A DNA stretch of 50,996 bases from a virus: the IMG/VR virus record IMGVR_UViG_3300032030_000120; one strand, 5' to 3'. The position numbers and the translations under genes were made by a program. Position 1 is the first letter of the stretch, and each line of letters starts with the position of its first letter. Under the pieces are notes generated by a model, which had not been told where the DNA came from, ran no database searches, and saw nothing but the letters and a program-made list of their open reading frames with translations. Positions 8,228 through 17,269 of this stretch are shown one piece after another.

Positions 8228-8415
8228 AGTACGTAATCAGAAGACAGGAAGGCAAGTTCGCAAGATATATCTGCCCGGAGTGCGGAAGCACGTTGTTTGT
8301 AAGTGATGACAAGGCACCAATCGACCTTCCTGATTTTTGTGGACATTGCGGAAAGGATATTTATTTCATGGGGAACGATTTCGAGGAGGACGGCGATGGA
8401 CGAGAAAAAGCTTGA
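8224..8415 (+). CDS. Small zinc-ribbon protein
   Basis: CPECGS...CGHCGK. ATGA coupling. Confidence 0.55.
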   Translation: MKYVIRRQEGKFARYICPECGSTLFVSDDKAPIDLPDFCGHCGKDIYFMGNDFEEDGDGREKA

Positions 8416-8548
8416 AAAGTTCTGCAACGATTTTGACTGCGACTGTAACGACTGCCCGTACCAGCGGAGTGAATGCGATGACTACTATGCAAAGTATCAT
8501 GAACTGCCGATGAGCAGGTACAAGGAGGATGACAATGGAAATTCTTGA
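8396..8548 (+). CDS. Small Cys-rich hypothetical protein (50 aa)
   Basis: GAGGAGGA RBS. Translation is MDEKKLEKFCNDFDCDCNDCPYQRSECDDYY... Confidence 0.45.
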   Translation: MDEKKLEKFCNDFDCDCNDCPYQRSECDDYYAKYHELPMSRYKEDDNGNS

Positions 8549-9020
8549 TAGTGGCGAGAGACGCGAATTTGAAACGGGGGCAGTCAGGGACATTCAGAGT
8601 GGTAAGGGACGGTGCGACCTCCTGCCGCTTGAGCAGGTGGCAACGATAATCAGCGGTGATGCTGATGCCGAAGATGAAGTGATTGCCAATGTCTTCGAGT
8701 ATCAGCAGACAGGAGATGTGAATTATATCATGCAGGCAATTTATGATTTTTGTACTGCACGTAATTGGACGATCCCGAAGGCACTGTTAGAGCTGTCAAA
8801 GCACTTTGAACAGGGAGCCATAAAGTACGGCGAGCGTAACTGGGAGAAGGGACTGCCCGAGTCCTGCTACATAGATTCCGCACTGCGCCACTATTTTAAG
8901 TGGCTTGATAATCAGACAGACGAACCGCACGACAGAGCGGTCCTCTGGAACCTGATGTGCTTATGGTGGACGCACGAGAACATAACGACAGCTGACAGGG
9001 AGAACAAACATGACGCCTGA
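8535..9020 (+). CDS. DUF5664-like protein (putative dATP/dGTP pyrophosphohydrolase-domain family)
   Basis: N-terminal signature REFETGAVRDIQSGKGRCDLLP, typical of this widespread phage family. AAGGAGG RBS favours ATG at 8535 over 8529. Confidence 0.6.
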   Translation: MEILDSGERREFETGAVRDIQSGKGRCDLLPLEQVATIISGDADAEDEVIANVFEYQQTGDVNYIMQAIYDFCTARNWTIPKALLELSKHFEQGAIKYGERNWEKGLPESCYIDSALRHYFKWLDNQTDEPHDRAVLWNLMCLWWTHENITTADRENKHDA

Positions 9021-9453
9021 GAACGAAGCAAAATACAAGTACCTCATGCGGTACAGGTGGGACGTTCTCAAGGTCAAGTCAATTGAGCACGAGATCATCC
9101 GCTGCCGGCTTGAAGCTCTCCCCGGGGCGGTCAATTATGACGGGATGCCGCACGGATCCGGAAGCAATACAGACCTTAGCGACTATGCGGTGAAGCTCGA
9201 TGAACTCATTAAGGAGCTTGAGCAGTCGCGCATAAAGACATTGGAAGACATGTCAAGCATTCTTTATGCGATCGATGAGGTCATTATGTCGGACAGCAAG
9301 AACGGGGCGAAGTACAGTATACTCCTCAGGTGCAAGTACGTGGATGATCTCAGTTGGGAAGAGACAGCTGACGCCATGGGGTACACAGAAAACTATGTGA
9401 AGGGATGCCTGCACGGAAAGGCACTCAGTGTGTTTAAAATCCCCGAATATTAA
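9010..9453 (+). CDS. Putative late-gene transcriptional regulator (sigma-70 region-4-like HTH; ArpU/RinA/DUF1492-like)
   Basis: It is the last early gene, immediately upstream of the packaging module. C-terminal LSWEETADAMGYTENYVKGCLHGKAL is HTH-like. Confidence 0.55.
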   Translation: MTPENEAKYKYLMRYRWDVLKVKSIEHEIIRCRLEALPGAVNYDGMPHGSGSNTDLSDYAVKLDELIKELEQSRIKTLEDMSSILYAIDEVIMSDSKNGAKYSILLRCKYVDDLSWEETADAMGYTENYVKGCLHGKALSVFKIPEY

Positions 9454-9476
9454 TATTTTTTAATACGCTGACTATA

Positions 9477-9485
9477 TGGTATCAT
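9477..9485 (+). promoter_or_regulatory. Candidate extended -10 promoter element (TGgTATCAT) for the late operon
   Basis: TG-n-TATCAT in the 130-nt intergenic region after the regulator gene. There is no good -35, consistent with activator dependence. Confidence 0.3.
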
Positions 9486-9548
9486 GTAAGATGTCAAAAG
9501 ATGACAAAAGACAGCTTTCTTTTTCTATTTCCTTTTCTTTATGTGGTG

Positions 9549-9578
9549 GAGCCCGGGTAAAACCGGGCTCTAATTTTT
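9549..9578 (+). terminator. Intrinsic terminator hairpin in the late-operon leader
   Basis: GAGCCCGG-gtaaaa-CCGGGCTC followed by TAATTTTT, 6 nt upstream of the first late ORF. Confidence 0.7.
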
Positions 9579-9584
9579 GCAATT

Positions 9585-9986
9585 ATGAAAGAAACAGCAG
9601 AAGTATCAATCAGATATGCGGATTTGGCAGAGAAGGTCATAGCAGAACATCGCGATCTTCAATGGATCCCTAAAATTGGCGTTAAGGTAGGATTCCTTGA
9701 AAGTGACAGGCAGAAAAAGAAAAGCGGAAGGCTCGTTCTCGGAGAATGCATTCTTGTGAAGGATCTTTACAGGTGCTTTATCCCATATGATTTCCTGATT
9801 GTCATTTACGCGCCTAACGTGATTGGAATGACGAAAGAGCAGATGAAGATACTGCTGTATCACGAGATGCTTCACATCGGAATTTCGGATGATGGGGAAG
9901 ATTTGAAGTATGTCGTGAATCCGCATGATGTAGAGGAATTCAGAACGATTATAGACAAGTACGGAATAGACTGGGCAATGCACTGA
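9585..9986 (+). CDS. Putative phage metallopeptidase (HExxH)
   Basis: LLYHEMLHIG motif. No obvious SD sequence. Confidence 0.6.
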   Translation: MKETAEVSIRYADLAEKVIAEHRDLQWIPKIGVKVGFLESDRQKKKSGRLVLGECILVKDLYRCFIPYDFLIVIYAPNVIGMTKEQMKILLYHEMLHIGISDDGEDLKYVVNPHDVEEFRTIIDKYGIDWAMH

Positions 9987-9999
9987 GGATGGTGATTAT

Positions 10000-10497
10000 G
10001 TGGCAAAGAAAGCAGGCCGTAAGGGCAAATATGAATACTGGATCAGTCCTGACGGTTTGCTTCTTATCGAAGGCTGGGCGCGTGACGGACTGACAAAAGA
10101 GCAGATTGCAAAGAACATCGGTTGTTCTCGTGAGACATTAAACCAATGGGAGAATAAATATTCTGACATTTCTGACGCCCTTAAAAAGGGTAGAGAGGTC
10201 GTTATCCGAGAAGTAGAGAACGCCCTGATTAAACGTGCCAAAGGTTACGAGATTGAGGAAACAACCGAAGAGCTTGTTTTTAATCGCACGACGGGGCAGA
10301 AAGAACTTGTTGTGACAAAGCGAGTCAAGAAGCAGGTCGCACCGGATACAGGTGCGGCAGCTTTCGTCTTAAAGAACTACGCGCCTGACAAGTGGAGAGA
10401 CCGCAAAGATGTCGAAATATCCGGTCAGCTCGACACTAATCCTTTTGCCGGTCTCAATGAGGACCAGCTGAGAAAGCTGGCGAAAGACAATGGATAG
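10000..10497 (+). CDS. terS: Terminase small subunit
   Basis: N-terminal HTH (GLTKEQIAKNIGCSRETLNQWENKY). Lies directly upstream of, and overlaps, the large terminase. GTG start. Confidence 0.8.
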   Translation: MAKKAGRKGKYEYWISPDGLLLIEGWARDGLTKEQIAKNIGCSRETLNQWENKYSDISDALKKGREVVIREVENALIKRAKGYEIEETTEELVFNRTTGQKELVVTKRVKKQVAPDTGAAAFVLKNYAPDKWRDRKDVEISGQLDTNPFAGLNEDQLRKLAKDNG

Positions 10498-11926
10498 GCG
10501 GATGATTGCCCTCGGCGCGAAATGCGAGCTTGCAAGGCGTCACTTCTTCGATTACTGCAATCTGAAAGCTCCGGATTTCTACAAACCGGACAGAACTTAC
10601 CTGGTAGAATTCTGCGAGACCTTGCAGGACTTCATTGTGTCGGATGATGATGTCCTCATCATCAACGCGCCTCCGAGACATGGCAAGTCGCGCACGATAG
10701 GATGCCTTGTTGAATGGGTGCTTGGCAAGGACAAACAGAAGAAGATCATGACGGGATCATACAACGAGACGTTGTCCACTACATTCTCCAAAGGTGTGCG
10801 TGATACCATCATGGAAATCAAAGCGGACAAGTACAAGGCAGTGTACTCAGACATCTTTCCGAAGACGAAGGTCAAGAAGGGCGATGCCGCCATGAATCTC
10901 TGGTCCTTGCAAGGCGGCTATAATAACTATCTGGCAACTTCTCCGACAGGTACGGCAACCGGCTTCGGCGCCGATCTGATGATTATCGATGACCTTATAA
11001 AAAACAAATATGAGGCCAACAATGCCAACATTAAGGACGGGCAGTGGAATTGGTTTACCGGCACTATGTTGTCTCGTCTTGAGGAAGGCGGCAAGATAAT
11101 CATCGTCATGACCAGGTGGGCAACGGATGACTTAGCAGGACGCATCATCGAGCATGCTGCCGAGTACGGATGGACGGTCTGCCACATCAACTTTAAGGCC
11201 TTGCAGGATGATGGCACGATGTTATGCCCGGAGATACTCAGCAAGGCAAGCTATGAGTCGAAGCGTAAGGCGATGGGCGCCGAAGTCGCCGACGCGAACT
11301 ATCAGCAGAACCCGATAGATATCAAGGGAAGACTGTATTCCAGATTCAAGACATATACGGATGTACCGCGTGATGAGAACGGGCATCCGTTTTTTATTGC
11401 GATCAAGAGCTATACAGATACAGCGGATACCGGATCGGATAACCTCAGTCACATTGTGTACGGCGTTTCCCCTGCACATGATGCTTACGTTCTGGATGTT
11501 ATCCACACAAAAGACCCGATGGAGATAACAGAACCGAAGGTCGCTCGGTCTATCCACGAGAACGGCGTTACATGGGCAGATGTCGAATCAAACAACGGTG
11601 GGCGCGGATTTGCCCGGAACGTGAAACAGATCCTCACAGGCCGATACGGTAACAACAAAGCTGTCGTGCATTGGTTCTACCAGTCGCAGAACAAGCGGGC
11701 GCGTATCCTGTCGAATGCGACAACGGTCATGGAGCATGTGTATTTCCCGGCTGACTGGATGTATAAATGGCCTGAATATTACGAGGACATGACGCGATAC
11801 CAGAGAGACGGCAAGAACGCGCACGATGATGCTGAGGACGCTACGACGGGTGTTGTGGAGAAGATGCTGATCAGCGAGAACGCATCCGGTATAAATCGAA
11901 ACAAGGGATTCTCAGGGGGATTCTAA
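10490..11926 (+). CDS. terL: Terminase large subunit
   Basis: Walker A NAPPRHGKS, Walker B LMIIDD, C-terminal nuclease-like acidic residues. 478 aa, followed by the portal gene. Confidence 0.92.
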   Translation: MDRRMIALGAKCELARRHFFDYCNLKAPDFYKPDRTYLVEFCETLQDFIVSDDDVLIINAPPRHGKSRTIGCLVEWVLGKDKQKKIMTGSYNETLSTTFSKGVRDTIMEIKADKYKAVYSDIFPKTKVKKGDAAMNLWSLQGGYNNYLATSPTGTATGFGADLMIIDDLIKNKYEANNANIKDGQWNWFTGTMLSRLEEGGKIIIVMTRWATDDLAGRIIEHAAEYGWTVCHINFKALQDDGTMLCPEILSKASYESKRKAMGAEVADANYQQNPIDIKGRLYSRFKTYTDVPRDENGHPFFIAIKSYTDTADTGSDNLSHIVYGVSPAHDAYVLDVIHTKDPMEITEPKVARSIHENGVTWADVESNNGGRGFARNVKQILTGRYGNNKAVVHWFYQSQNKRARILSNATTVMEHVYFPADWMYKWPEYYEDMTRYQRDGKNAHDDAEDATTGVVEKMLISENASGINRNKGFSGGF

Positions 11927-13339
11927 ATGGCAAATATAAAAGTAAGACTGGATAAGCGTGTGATACGCGTTCCTGCTGATACGGAAATGAGCGTAGACCT
12001 TCTGTCCGCATTGATCCAGAAACATAAAGAGCTGAAGACAAAGATATACAAGCCGCTTGAAGATGCATACGAAGGCGATTACAAGATATTCCACGAACCT
12101 CGCAAGCCTGCATGGAAGCCTGACAACCGGATCGCGGTGAACTTCGCCAAGTACATCAGTGACACATTCAACGGATTCTTTATCGGAATTCCGATAAAGG
12201 TTGAATCTGATTCTGAGAATGAGAAGGTCAAGGATTACCTGGAATATCTCGACAGCTACAACAACCAGGACGACAACAACGCGGAACTCAGCAAGCTGTC
12301 CTCCAACTTCGGCACGGCCTATGAGATGTACTACAACGATGACGAAGGAGAGAGCGGCATCATATACCTGAGCCCGATGGACGCTTTCATGGTCTACGAT
12401 GACAGCATCCTGTCACGCCCGATGTTCTTTGTGAGATATACAAAAGGCGCGGACGGTATCGAGCGCGGAAGCTATTCGGATGATATGGTTGTGCGGCACT
12501 TCTCGTTTGAGGGCGGTATCCACTTCACCGATGAGGCAACAGAGCATCACTTCTGTGACGTTCCGGCTACTGAATACGTCCACAATGCTGAGCGCATGGG
12601 AATCTATGAGGATGCGCTGTCGAGCATTGACGCCTTCAACAAGGCACTCAGCGAGAAAGCTAACGATGTTGAATACTTCGCGGATGCGTACCTCAAGGTT
12701 GTCGGTCCGAAGATTGGCGAAGACGACACACGCTTCATCCGCACGACAAGAGTTATCAACCTGTATAAGGATGCGAATGCTCCGGATAACTCCCAGCCCA
12801 TGGATGCGGAATTCCTGGCAAAACCCGATGCGGATAACTCCCAGGAGCACCTGCTTGACCGCCTCTTCCGTCTCATCTTCCAGTTGTCAATGGTGGTTAA
12901 TATCTCTGATGAGAGCTTCGGATCCTCGTCAGGCATCGCTCTCAAGTACAAGCTGACGGCGATGTATAACCTCTTCAGAACGAAGGAACGGAAGTTCTCG
13001 GCCGGCATGAACCGCAGATACAGGATCCTCTTCTCGTCACCGATTGCGAAGACGCACGGAGTGAACGAGGATGACTGGATCGGTGTCAAATCGACCTTTA
13101 CCCCGAACTTCCCGGCAAACACGACAGAAGAGGCAGAGAACGCCGCAAAGCTGGATGGTATCGTTTCCCGCGCTACGCAGCTCGCTCTCCTGTCCTGCGT
13201 TGATGACGTCAATGCAGAGCTTGAAGCAATCAAAGAGGAAGAGGAGCAGCTGAAGGCAAGCACGAACAGCTATGGCGATTTCAGAGAGCATGGCCATAGC
13301 CATGACGGAGGTGAAGCGGATGAAGAAGACGACAGTTGA
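11927..13339 (+). CDS. Portal protein (SPP1 gp6-like)
   Basis: 470 aa immediately after terL. NRIAVNFAKYISDTFNGFFIGIPI-type portal signature and an acidic C-terminus. Confidence 0.88.
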   Translation: MANIKVRLDKRVIRVPADTEMSVDLLSALIQKHKELKTKIYKPLEDAYEGDYKIFHEPRKPAWKPDNRIAVNFAKYISDTFNGFFIGIPIKVESDSENEKVKDYLEYLDSYNNQDDNNAELSKLSSNFGTAYEMYYNDDEGESGIIYLSPMDAFMVYDDSILSRPMFFVRYTKGADGIERGSYSDDMVVRHFSFEGGIHFTDEATEHHFCDVPATEYVHNAERMGIYEDALSSIDAFNKALSEKANDVEYFADAYLKVVGPKIGEDDTRFIRTTRVINLYKDANAPDNSQPMDAEFLAKPDADNSQEHLLDRLFRLIFQLSMVVNISDESFGSSSGIALKYKLTAMYNLFRTKERKFSAGMNRRYRILFSSPIAKTHGVNEDDWIGVKSTFTPNFPANTTEEAENAAKLDGIVSRATQLALLSCVDDVNAELEAIKEEEEQLKASTNSYGDFREHGHSHDGGEADEEDDS

Positions 13340-13637
13340 TATCCATGGAACGCAGTGGAAGGTGGAAAGAATAAAAGACATCAAGATAGATAAAAAGCAG
13401 GAAGATGTTACCTATCTTGGACGCACGTACTACGGAAAGCACCTGATCCAGTTGCGGAAAGATCTTGACCACGTGAACGCTGTGCAGACTATGCGTCACG
13501 AGCTGACACATGCAATTCTCTTTGAGTACGGCATCAGTCTCTCAGATGAAGAGAGCATCTGCAATTTCATCGGAGCTTTCGCCGGAGAAATCACTGATAA
13601 GGCGAACCTGTTAGTGAAGGAGCTTGGTTATGTCTAA
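13320..13637 (+). CDS. Small HExxH protein (putative metallopeptidase-like, 105 aa)
   Basis: MRHELTHAILFEYG. GGAGGTGA RBS 8 nt before ATG at 13320. Confidence 0.55.
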   Translation: MKKTTVDIHGTQWKVERIKDIKIDKKQEDVTYLGRTYYGKHLIQLRKDLDHVNAVQTMRHELTHAILFEYGISLSDEESICNFIGAFAGEITDKANLLVKELGYV

Positions 13638-15372
13638 GAGCAGCCTCGATTATTGGCGCGAGCGCGAACAGGAAGCGAATAAGAACGCCATCAAAGACGA
13701 GGCAGCTTATAACAAGCGAATCGAAGAGATCTACAGCTACACCGAGCGGAACATCCAGCGCACCATAAACGACTTCTATGCACGGTACGCATCGAAGAGC
13801 GGTATCACGATGAACGAGGCAAAGAAGAGGGTGCGCGAGATCGACATGCGGCACTACGAACAGCTTGCAAGAAAGTACGTGCGAGAGCACGACTTCTCGG
13901 AGCAGGCCAATGAGGAGATGGCGCTTTACAATCTCACAATGAAGGTAAACCGCCTCGAATTGCTCAAAGCGGAGATCAATCTGGAGCTGATAGATGGTTA
14001 TAACGATATCGAGAAAGAGATGCGGAAAGACCTGCTCGAACAGGCCATGAAGGTCGACGCAAGGTACGCGGGTATTCTCGGCAAGTCTGCTATCGGTAAT
14101 CAGAAGTACGCCAATCAGCTTGTCAATGCCTCGTTCATGGGCGCTACGTTCTCCGAGAGGCTGTGGGGCGTCAACATGCCCGACCTTCGCGCACATCTCG
14201 AAGTAGAGCTTCGTAACGGGCTTATACAGGGCATTCACCCGAGGGAGCTTGCAAGGCGCTTTAGGAAGCACTACGGCGGTTCTGTGCAGGATACGGAGCG
14301 TCTGATGGTCACGGAGATGCGGCGGCTTCAGACAGCTGTGCAGGCGGAATCCTTCGAGCGCAATGGCTTCAAGGAATATCAGTTCATCACTGCCGGTGAT
14401 GAGCGTGTCTGTCCCGAATGCGCAAAGCTCCACGGTCAGCACTTCAAGGTCAGCGAGATGCAGGTGGGCGAGAATGCTCCGCCGATGCATCCAAGGTGTC
14501 ACTGCTCAACGTCTTCTTACATGGACGGTAAGAAGTATAAAGAGTGGATTGAGGCGCTATCAAACGGTGAAGACGTCAGGTGGGATGAATTCCAAAGCGG
14601 TGAGTACGAGAAGCGGAAAGCCGAAGAAGCGAAAGCGGAGAAGAAATCGACAAGAAGAACGGCAAATAAATCCGCTGAGACTGTTTCCGTCAATGATAGC
14701 TTTGTACCTGCCAAGTCCATCAAGGAAGCTGAGGAATTTATTTCGAAATACGTTGATGCTTCGCAGTTTGGTGCGACAGGTGTCTCATACAAAGGTGTGC
14801 ATGTTGATGTGGCAAACGAAATCAATCATGCACTCAGCACAATTTATGAGAATTTCAATGCCAACAAGTTAGGTGGTATTACAGCTCCTGCGAAGAATAC
14901 AAAACTCGGCAAGTCCTTTAAAGGTCATATGGGTTATTCGGGAATTCGCAAGAGCATTGTCCTTAACCGTGATGATACGAAGAACCTCAAAACATTCTCA
15001 GGCAAGCTGATGGAAGATGAAGTCGCTGTTAAAAACGTGCTTGAGCATCCAGAACATTATGACCTTAACAGAATGAGCAGACTTCTTAAGGTTGTAATAG
15101 AAAACGCTAAGTCATCAGGGCGCGCAACAGTTCCAGAAACGATACAGGAAGCCGTATTCCATGAATTTGGACACTTCTGGGAAGACCACATGAGTCGAGA
15201 TGAATGGAACTCGCTGGCAGAGAATATGAGCGAATACGGTTCGAAAATATCCGGATATGCAGCAAGTGACAAGCATGAGTATATTGCTGAATCTTTTGCA
15301 AGCTATATGAAGGGCGAAGATAGAATCGACCCGAAGCTTCGAACATGGTTTGACGGGAGGCGCAAAACATGA
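13630..15372 (+). CDS. Head morphogenesis protein (MuF / SPP1 gp7 family) fused to a C-terminal HEFGH zinc-metallopeptidase-like domain
   Basis: MuF signature VCPECAKLHGQHF...PPMHPRCHCS. C-terminal HEFGHFWED plus downstream HEYIAESFASY, an anthrax-lethal-factor-like HExxH...E arrangement. Confidence 0.85.
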   Translation: MSKSSLDYWREREQEANKNAIKDEAAYNKRIEEIYSYTERNIQRTINDFYARYASKSGITMNEAKKRVREIDMRHYEQLARKYVREHDFSEQANEEMALYNLTMKVNRLELLKAEINLELIDGYNDIEKEMRKDLLEQAMKVDARYAGILGKSAIGNQKYANQLVNASFMGATFSERLWGVNMPDLRAHLEVELRNGLIQGIHPRELARRFRKHYGGSVQDTERLMVTEMRRLQTAVQAESFERNGFKEYQFITAGDERVCPECAKLHGQHFKVSEMQVGENAPPMHPRCHCSTSSYMDGKKYKEWIEALSNGEDVRWDEFQSGEYEKRKAEEAKAEKKSTRRTANKSAETVSVNDSFVPAKSIKEAEEFISKYVDASQFGATGVSYKGVHVDVANEINHALSTIYENFNANKLGGITAPAKNTKLGKSFKGHMGYSGIRKSIVLNRDDTKNLKTFSGKLMEDEVAVKNVLEHPEHYDLNRMSRLLKVVIENAKSSGRATVPETIQEAVFHEFGHFWEDHMSRDEWNSLAENMSEYGSKISGYAASDKHEYIAESFASYMKGEDRIDPKLRTWFDGRRKT

Positions 15373-15529
15373 AGGACATAATCGAGATATTCGGCACACT
15401 CGCTGCCGAGATTGAGAAAGCGAAAAAATGATCATACCGGCGCAGATAGGGCTCCGGACCCGAAAGCAGTGTGCCTTGACTGTTTCTGCGCCGAGATGCA
15501 GGGCAATCACAGAAAGGTGGTGATATACC

Positions 15530-15898
15530 ATGACACTGAGAGAGAAAGCGCAGGAGTGGCTCAAGAATTACAAGGGAGCCGGTAATGCTTACGGTGGCAA
15601 TGTACTCTCGCTTGAGGAGATGGCGGCAATCGTTTCGGAATATCTGTATGAAACAGATCCTCGCAAAAAAGCAGAAGGCACAAGCGAAAGAGTTGAGGAA
15701 TTGCAGGCAAAAGCCGAGCTTCTGCATGAAGACCTTATGACGGAACAGGGCAAAACGGCGGAGCTGGAAAAGCGAAACAAGGAACTTGAATTCCAGCTTG
15801 CCGGAGCTTCCAATCGGGTTCTCCGCCTCGAAGGTGAGAACTCAGCGTTGAGGTTTGCAGTACGCTGCAACGGTGTCAGCGGTGCGGAGGTGCATTGA
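15530..15898 (+). CDS. Hypothetical coiled-coil protein
   Basis: Heptad-rich ELQAKAELLHEDL...ELEKRNKELEFQL. Confidence 0.55.
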   Translation: MTLREKAQEWLKNYKGAGNAYGGNVLSLEEMAAIVSEYLYETDPRKKAEGTSERVEELQAKAELLHEDLMTEQGKTAELEKRNKELEFQLAGASNRVLRLEGENSALRFAVRCNGVSGAEVH

Positions 15899-16116
15899 TG
15901 AAAATTCTGATCGAAGGTAGGAAGCCAAAACCGGAATGGCCGAAGAAATTTAAGTGCACCTACTGCGGTTCGGTCCTTGAGGCAGACCTTAAAGACCTTA
16001 ACTATGTCGGAGCGCAGTACAATAGTTCCATTTATGAGTTCTATTGCCCTGTATGCAATAAAAAAAGAACGGTTGACGATGACATGTTCCTGAAAGATGA
16101 CGAGGTAAAAGCATGA
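15895..16116 (+). CDS. Small zinc-ribbon protein
   Basis: CTYCGS...CPVCNK. ATGA coupling. Confidence 0.55.
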   Translation: MMKILIEGRKPKPEWPKKFKCTYCGSVLEADLKDLNYVGAQYNSSIYEFYCPVCNKKRTVDDDMFLKDDEVKA

Positions 16117-16418
16117 TTGAAATTACATACGGCAGCAGAGAACCGCCGAGCCTCACCATTCGCGGTCATTCCGGATACTCTACGCAGGGGACCGACATCG
16201 TGTGCGCCTCTGTGAGCGCCTTGTTTCTCACGTTGGTAAATTCCCTCAACGAGTACACGAACGACTTCATACAGGCAAGGACGGAGCCGGGAGACGGCGC
16301 CCTTATATGGCGCGGACGTTGTTCGGAGAGTGCGAGACTGCTCCTTGACAGCTGTCTCCTCGGACTGAGGGATGTCGCAGAACAGTATCCCGATTATGTA
16401 AAATTTGATATTGCTTAA
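16113..16418 (+). CDS. prp: Prp-family cysteine protease (ribosomal-processing protease homolog, DUF464)
   Basis: GHSGYSTQGTDIVCASVSAL matches the His...DIVCA(A/S)VS catalytic signature of Prp. About 100 aa. Confidence 0.85.
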   Translation: MIEITYGSREPPSLTIRGHSGYSTQGTDIVCASVSALFLTLVNSLNEYTNDFIQARTEPGDGALIWRGRCSESARLLLDSCLLGLRDVAEQYPDYVKFDIA

Positions 16419-16422
16419 GGAG

Positions 16423-16446
16423 CACCGGAAGACCGGTGTTTTTTTA
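16423..16446 (+). terminator. Intrinsic terminator after prp
   Basis: CACCGG-aaga-CCGGTG followed by TTTTTTTT. Confidence 0.7.
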
Positions 16447-16563
16447 TTGCTCATTTTTGAGTTTATCGCTCATTTTTTGAGGGCGGCAGGCGTGGATCCG
16501 CAACAAAGCTACGGTAATTGGCAGGCATGAGACCATTAACAACCTTATGGAGGAAAAACATAA

Positions 16564-17253
16564 ATGAAGAACAGAGTTATCTATGCAGAACTTAACAGGA
16601 AGCAGACACGCGCACTTCACGGCAGACTGCCGCTGAATCTCCAGCTTTTCGCTGATGGCGATGATGATGGAGCCGATGACAGCAGCGAAGATGATGGCGC
16701 GGATGACGACGCCGACGAGGACGACGGCGAAGAAGACAAGCCGGAGAAGAAATACACCGATGCTGACGTTGACAGAATGGTCAAGCAGAGACTTGCCAGA
16801 GAGCGCAAGGCCGCCGAGAAGAAGGCAAGACAGCAGGCCGAAGCCGAGAAGCTTAAGAACATGTCCGCTGCCGAGAAGCGTGACGCGGAGTTCGAACAGA
16901 TGAAAGCCCGTCTCGCATCCCTTGAAGCGGAGAAGAATCAGGCGGAAATGCTTTCCACAGCTTCCGATATCCTGAAGGATGCGGGCATCAACGTATCGTC
17001 TAAGCTGGTCGGTCATCTGATCGCCGAGACAGCTGATGAGACCAAGGCGAATGTCGATGAGTTCGTTAAGCTCTTCAATGATGCAGTCAACAAGGGCGTC
17101 AAGGCAGCCATGAAGTCTGCCGGTTCCAGCCCGAAGAGGAAAGGCGGTAGCTCTGATTCCGGAGAATGGACCAAAGAAAAAATCTATGAAGTGAAGGATC
17201 CCATCAAGAGACAGCAGCTCATCAAAGAGCACTGGGATCTCTTCAAGAACTAA
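16564..17253 (+). CDS. Scaffolding protein
   Basis: Acidic N-terminus and coiled-coil Lys/Glu/Ala-rich body. Lies immediately upstream of the major capsid gene. Carries LNLQLFA near its N-terminus. Confidence 0.8.
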   Translation: MKNRVIYAELNRKQTRALHGRLPLNLQLFADGDDDGADDSSEDDGADDDADEDDGEEDKPEKKYTDADVDRMVKQRLARERKAAEKKARQQAEAEKLKNMSAAEKRDAEFEQMKARLASLEAEKNQAEMLSTASDILKDAGINVSSKLVGHLIAETADETKANVDEFVKLFNDAVNKGVKAAMKSAGSSPKRKGGSSDSGEWTKEKIYEVKDPIKRQQLIKEHWDLFKN

Positions 17254-17269
17254 TCAGGAGGAATAACAC

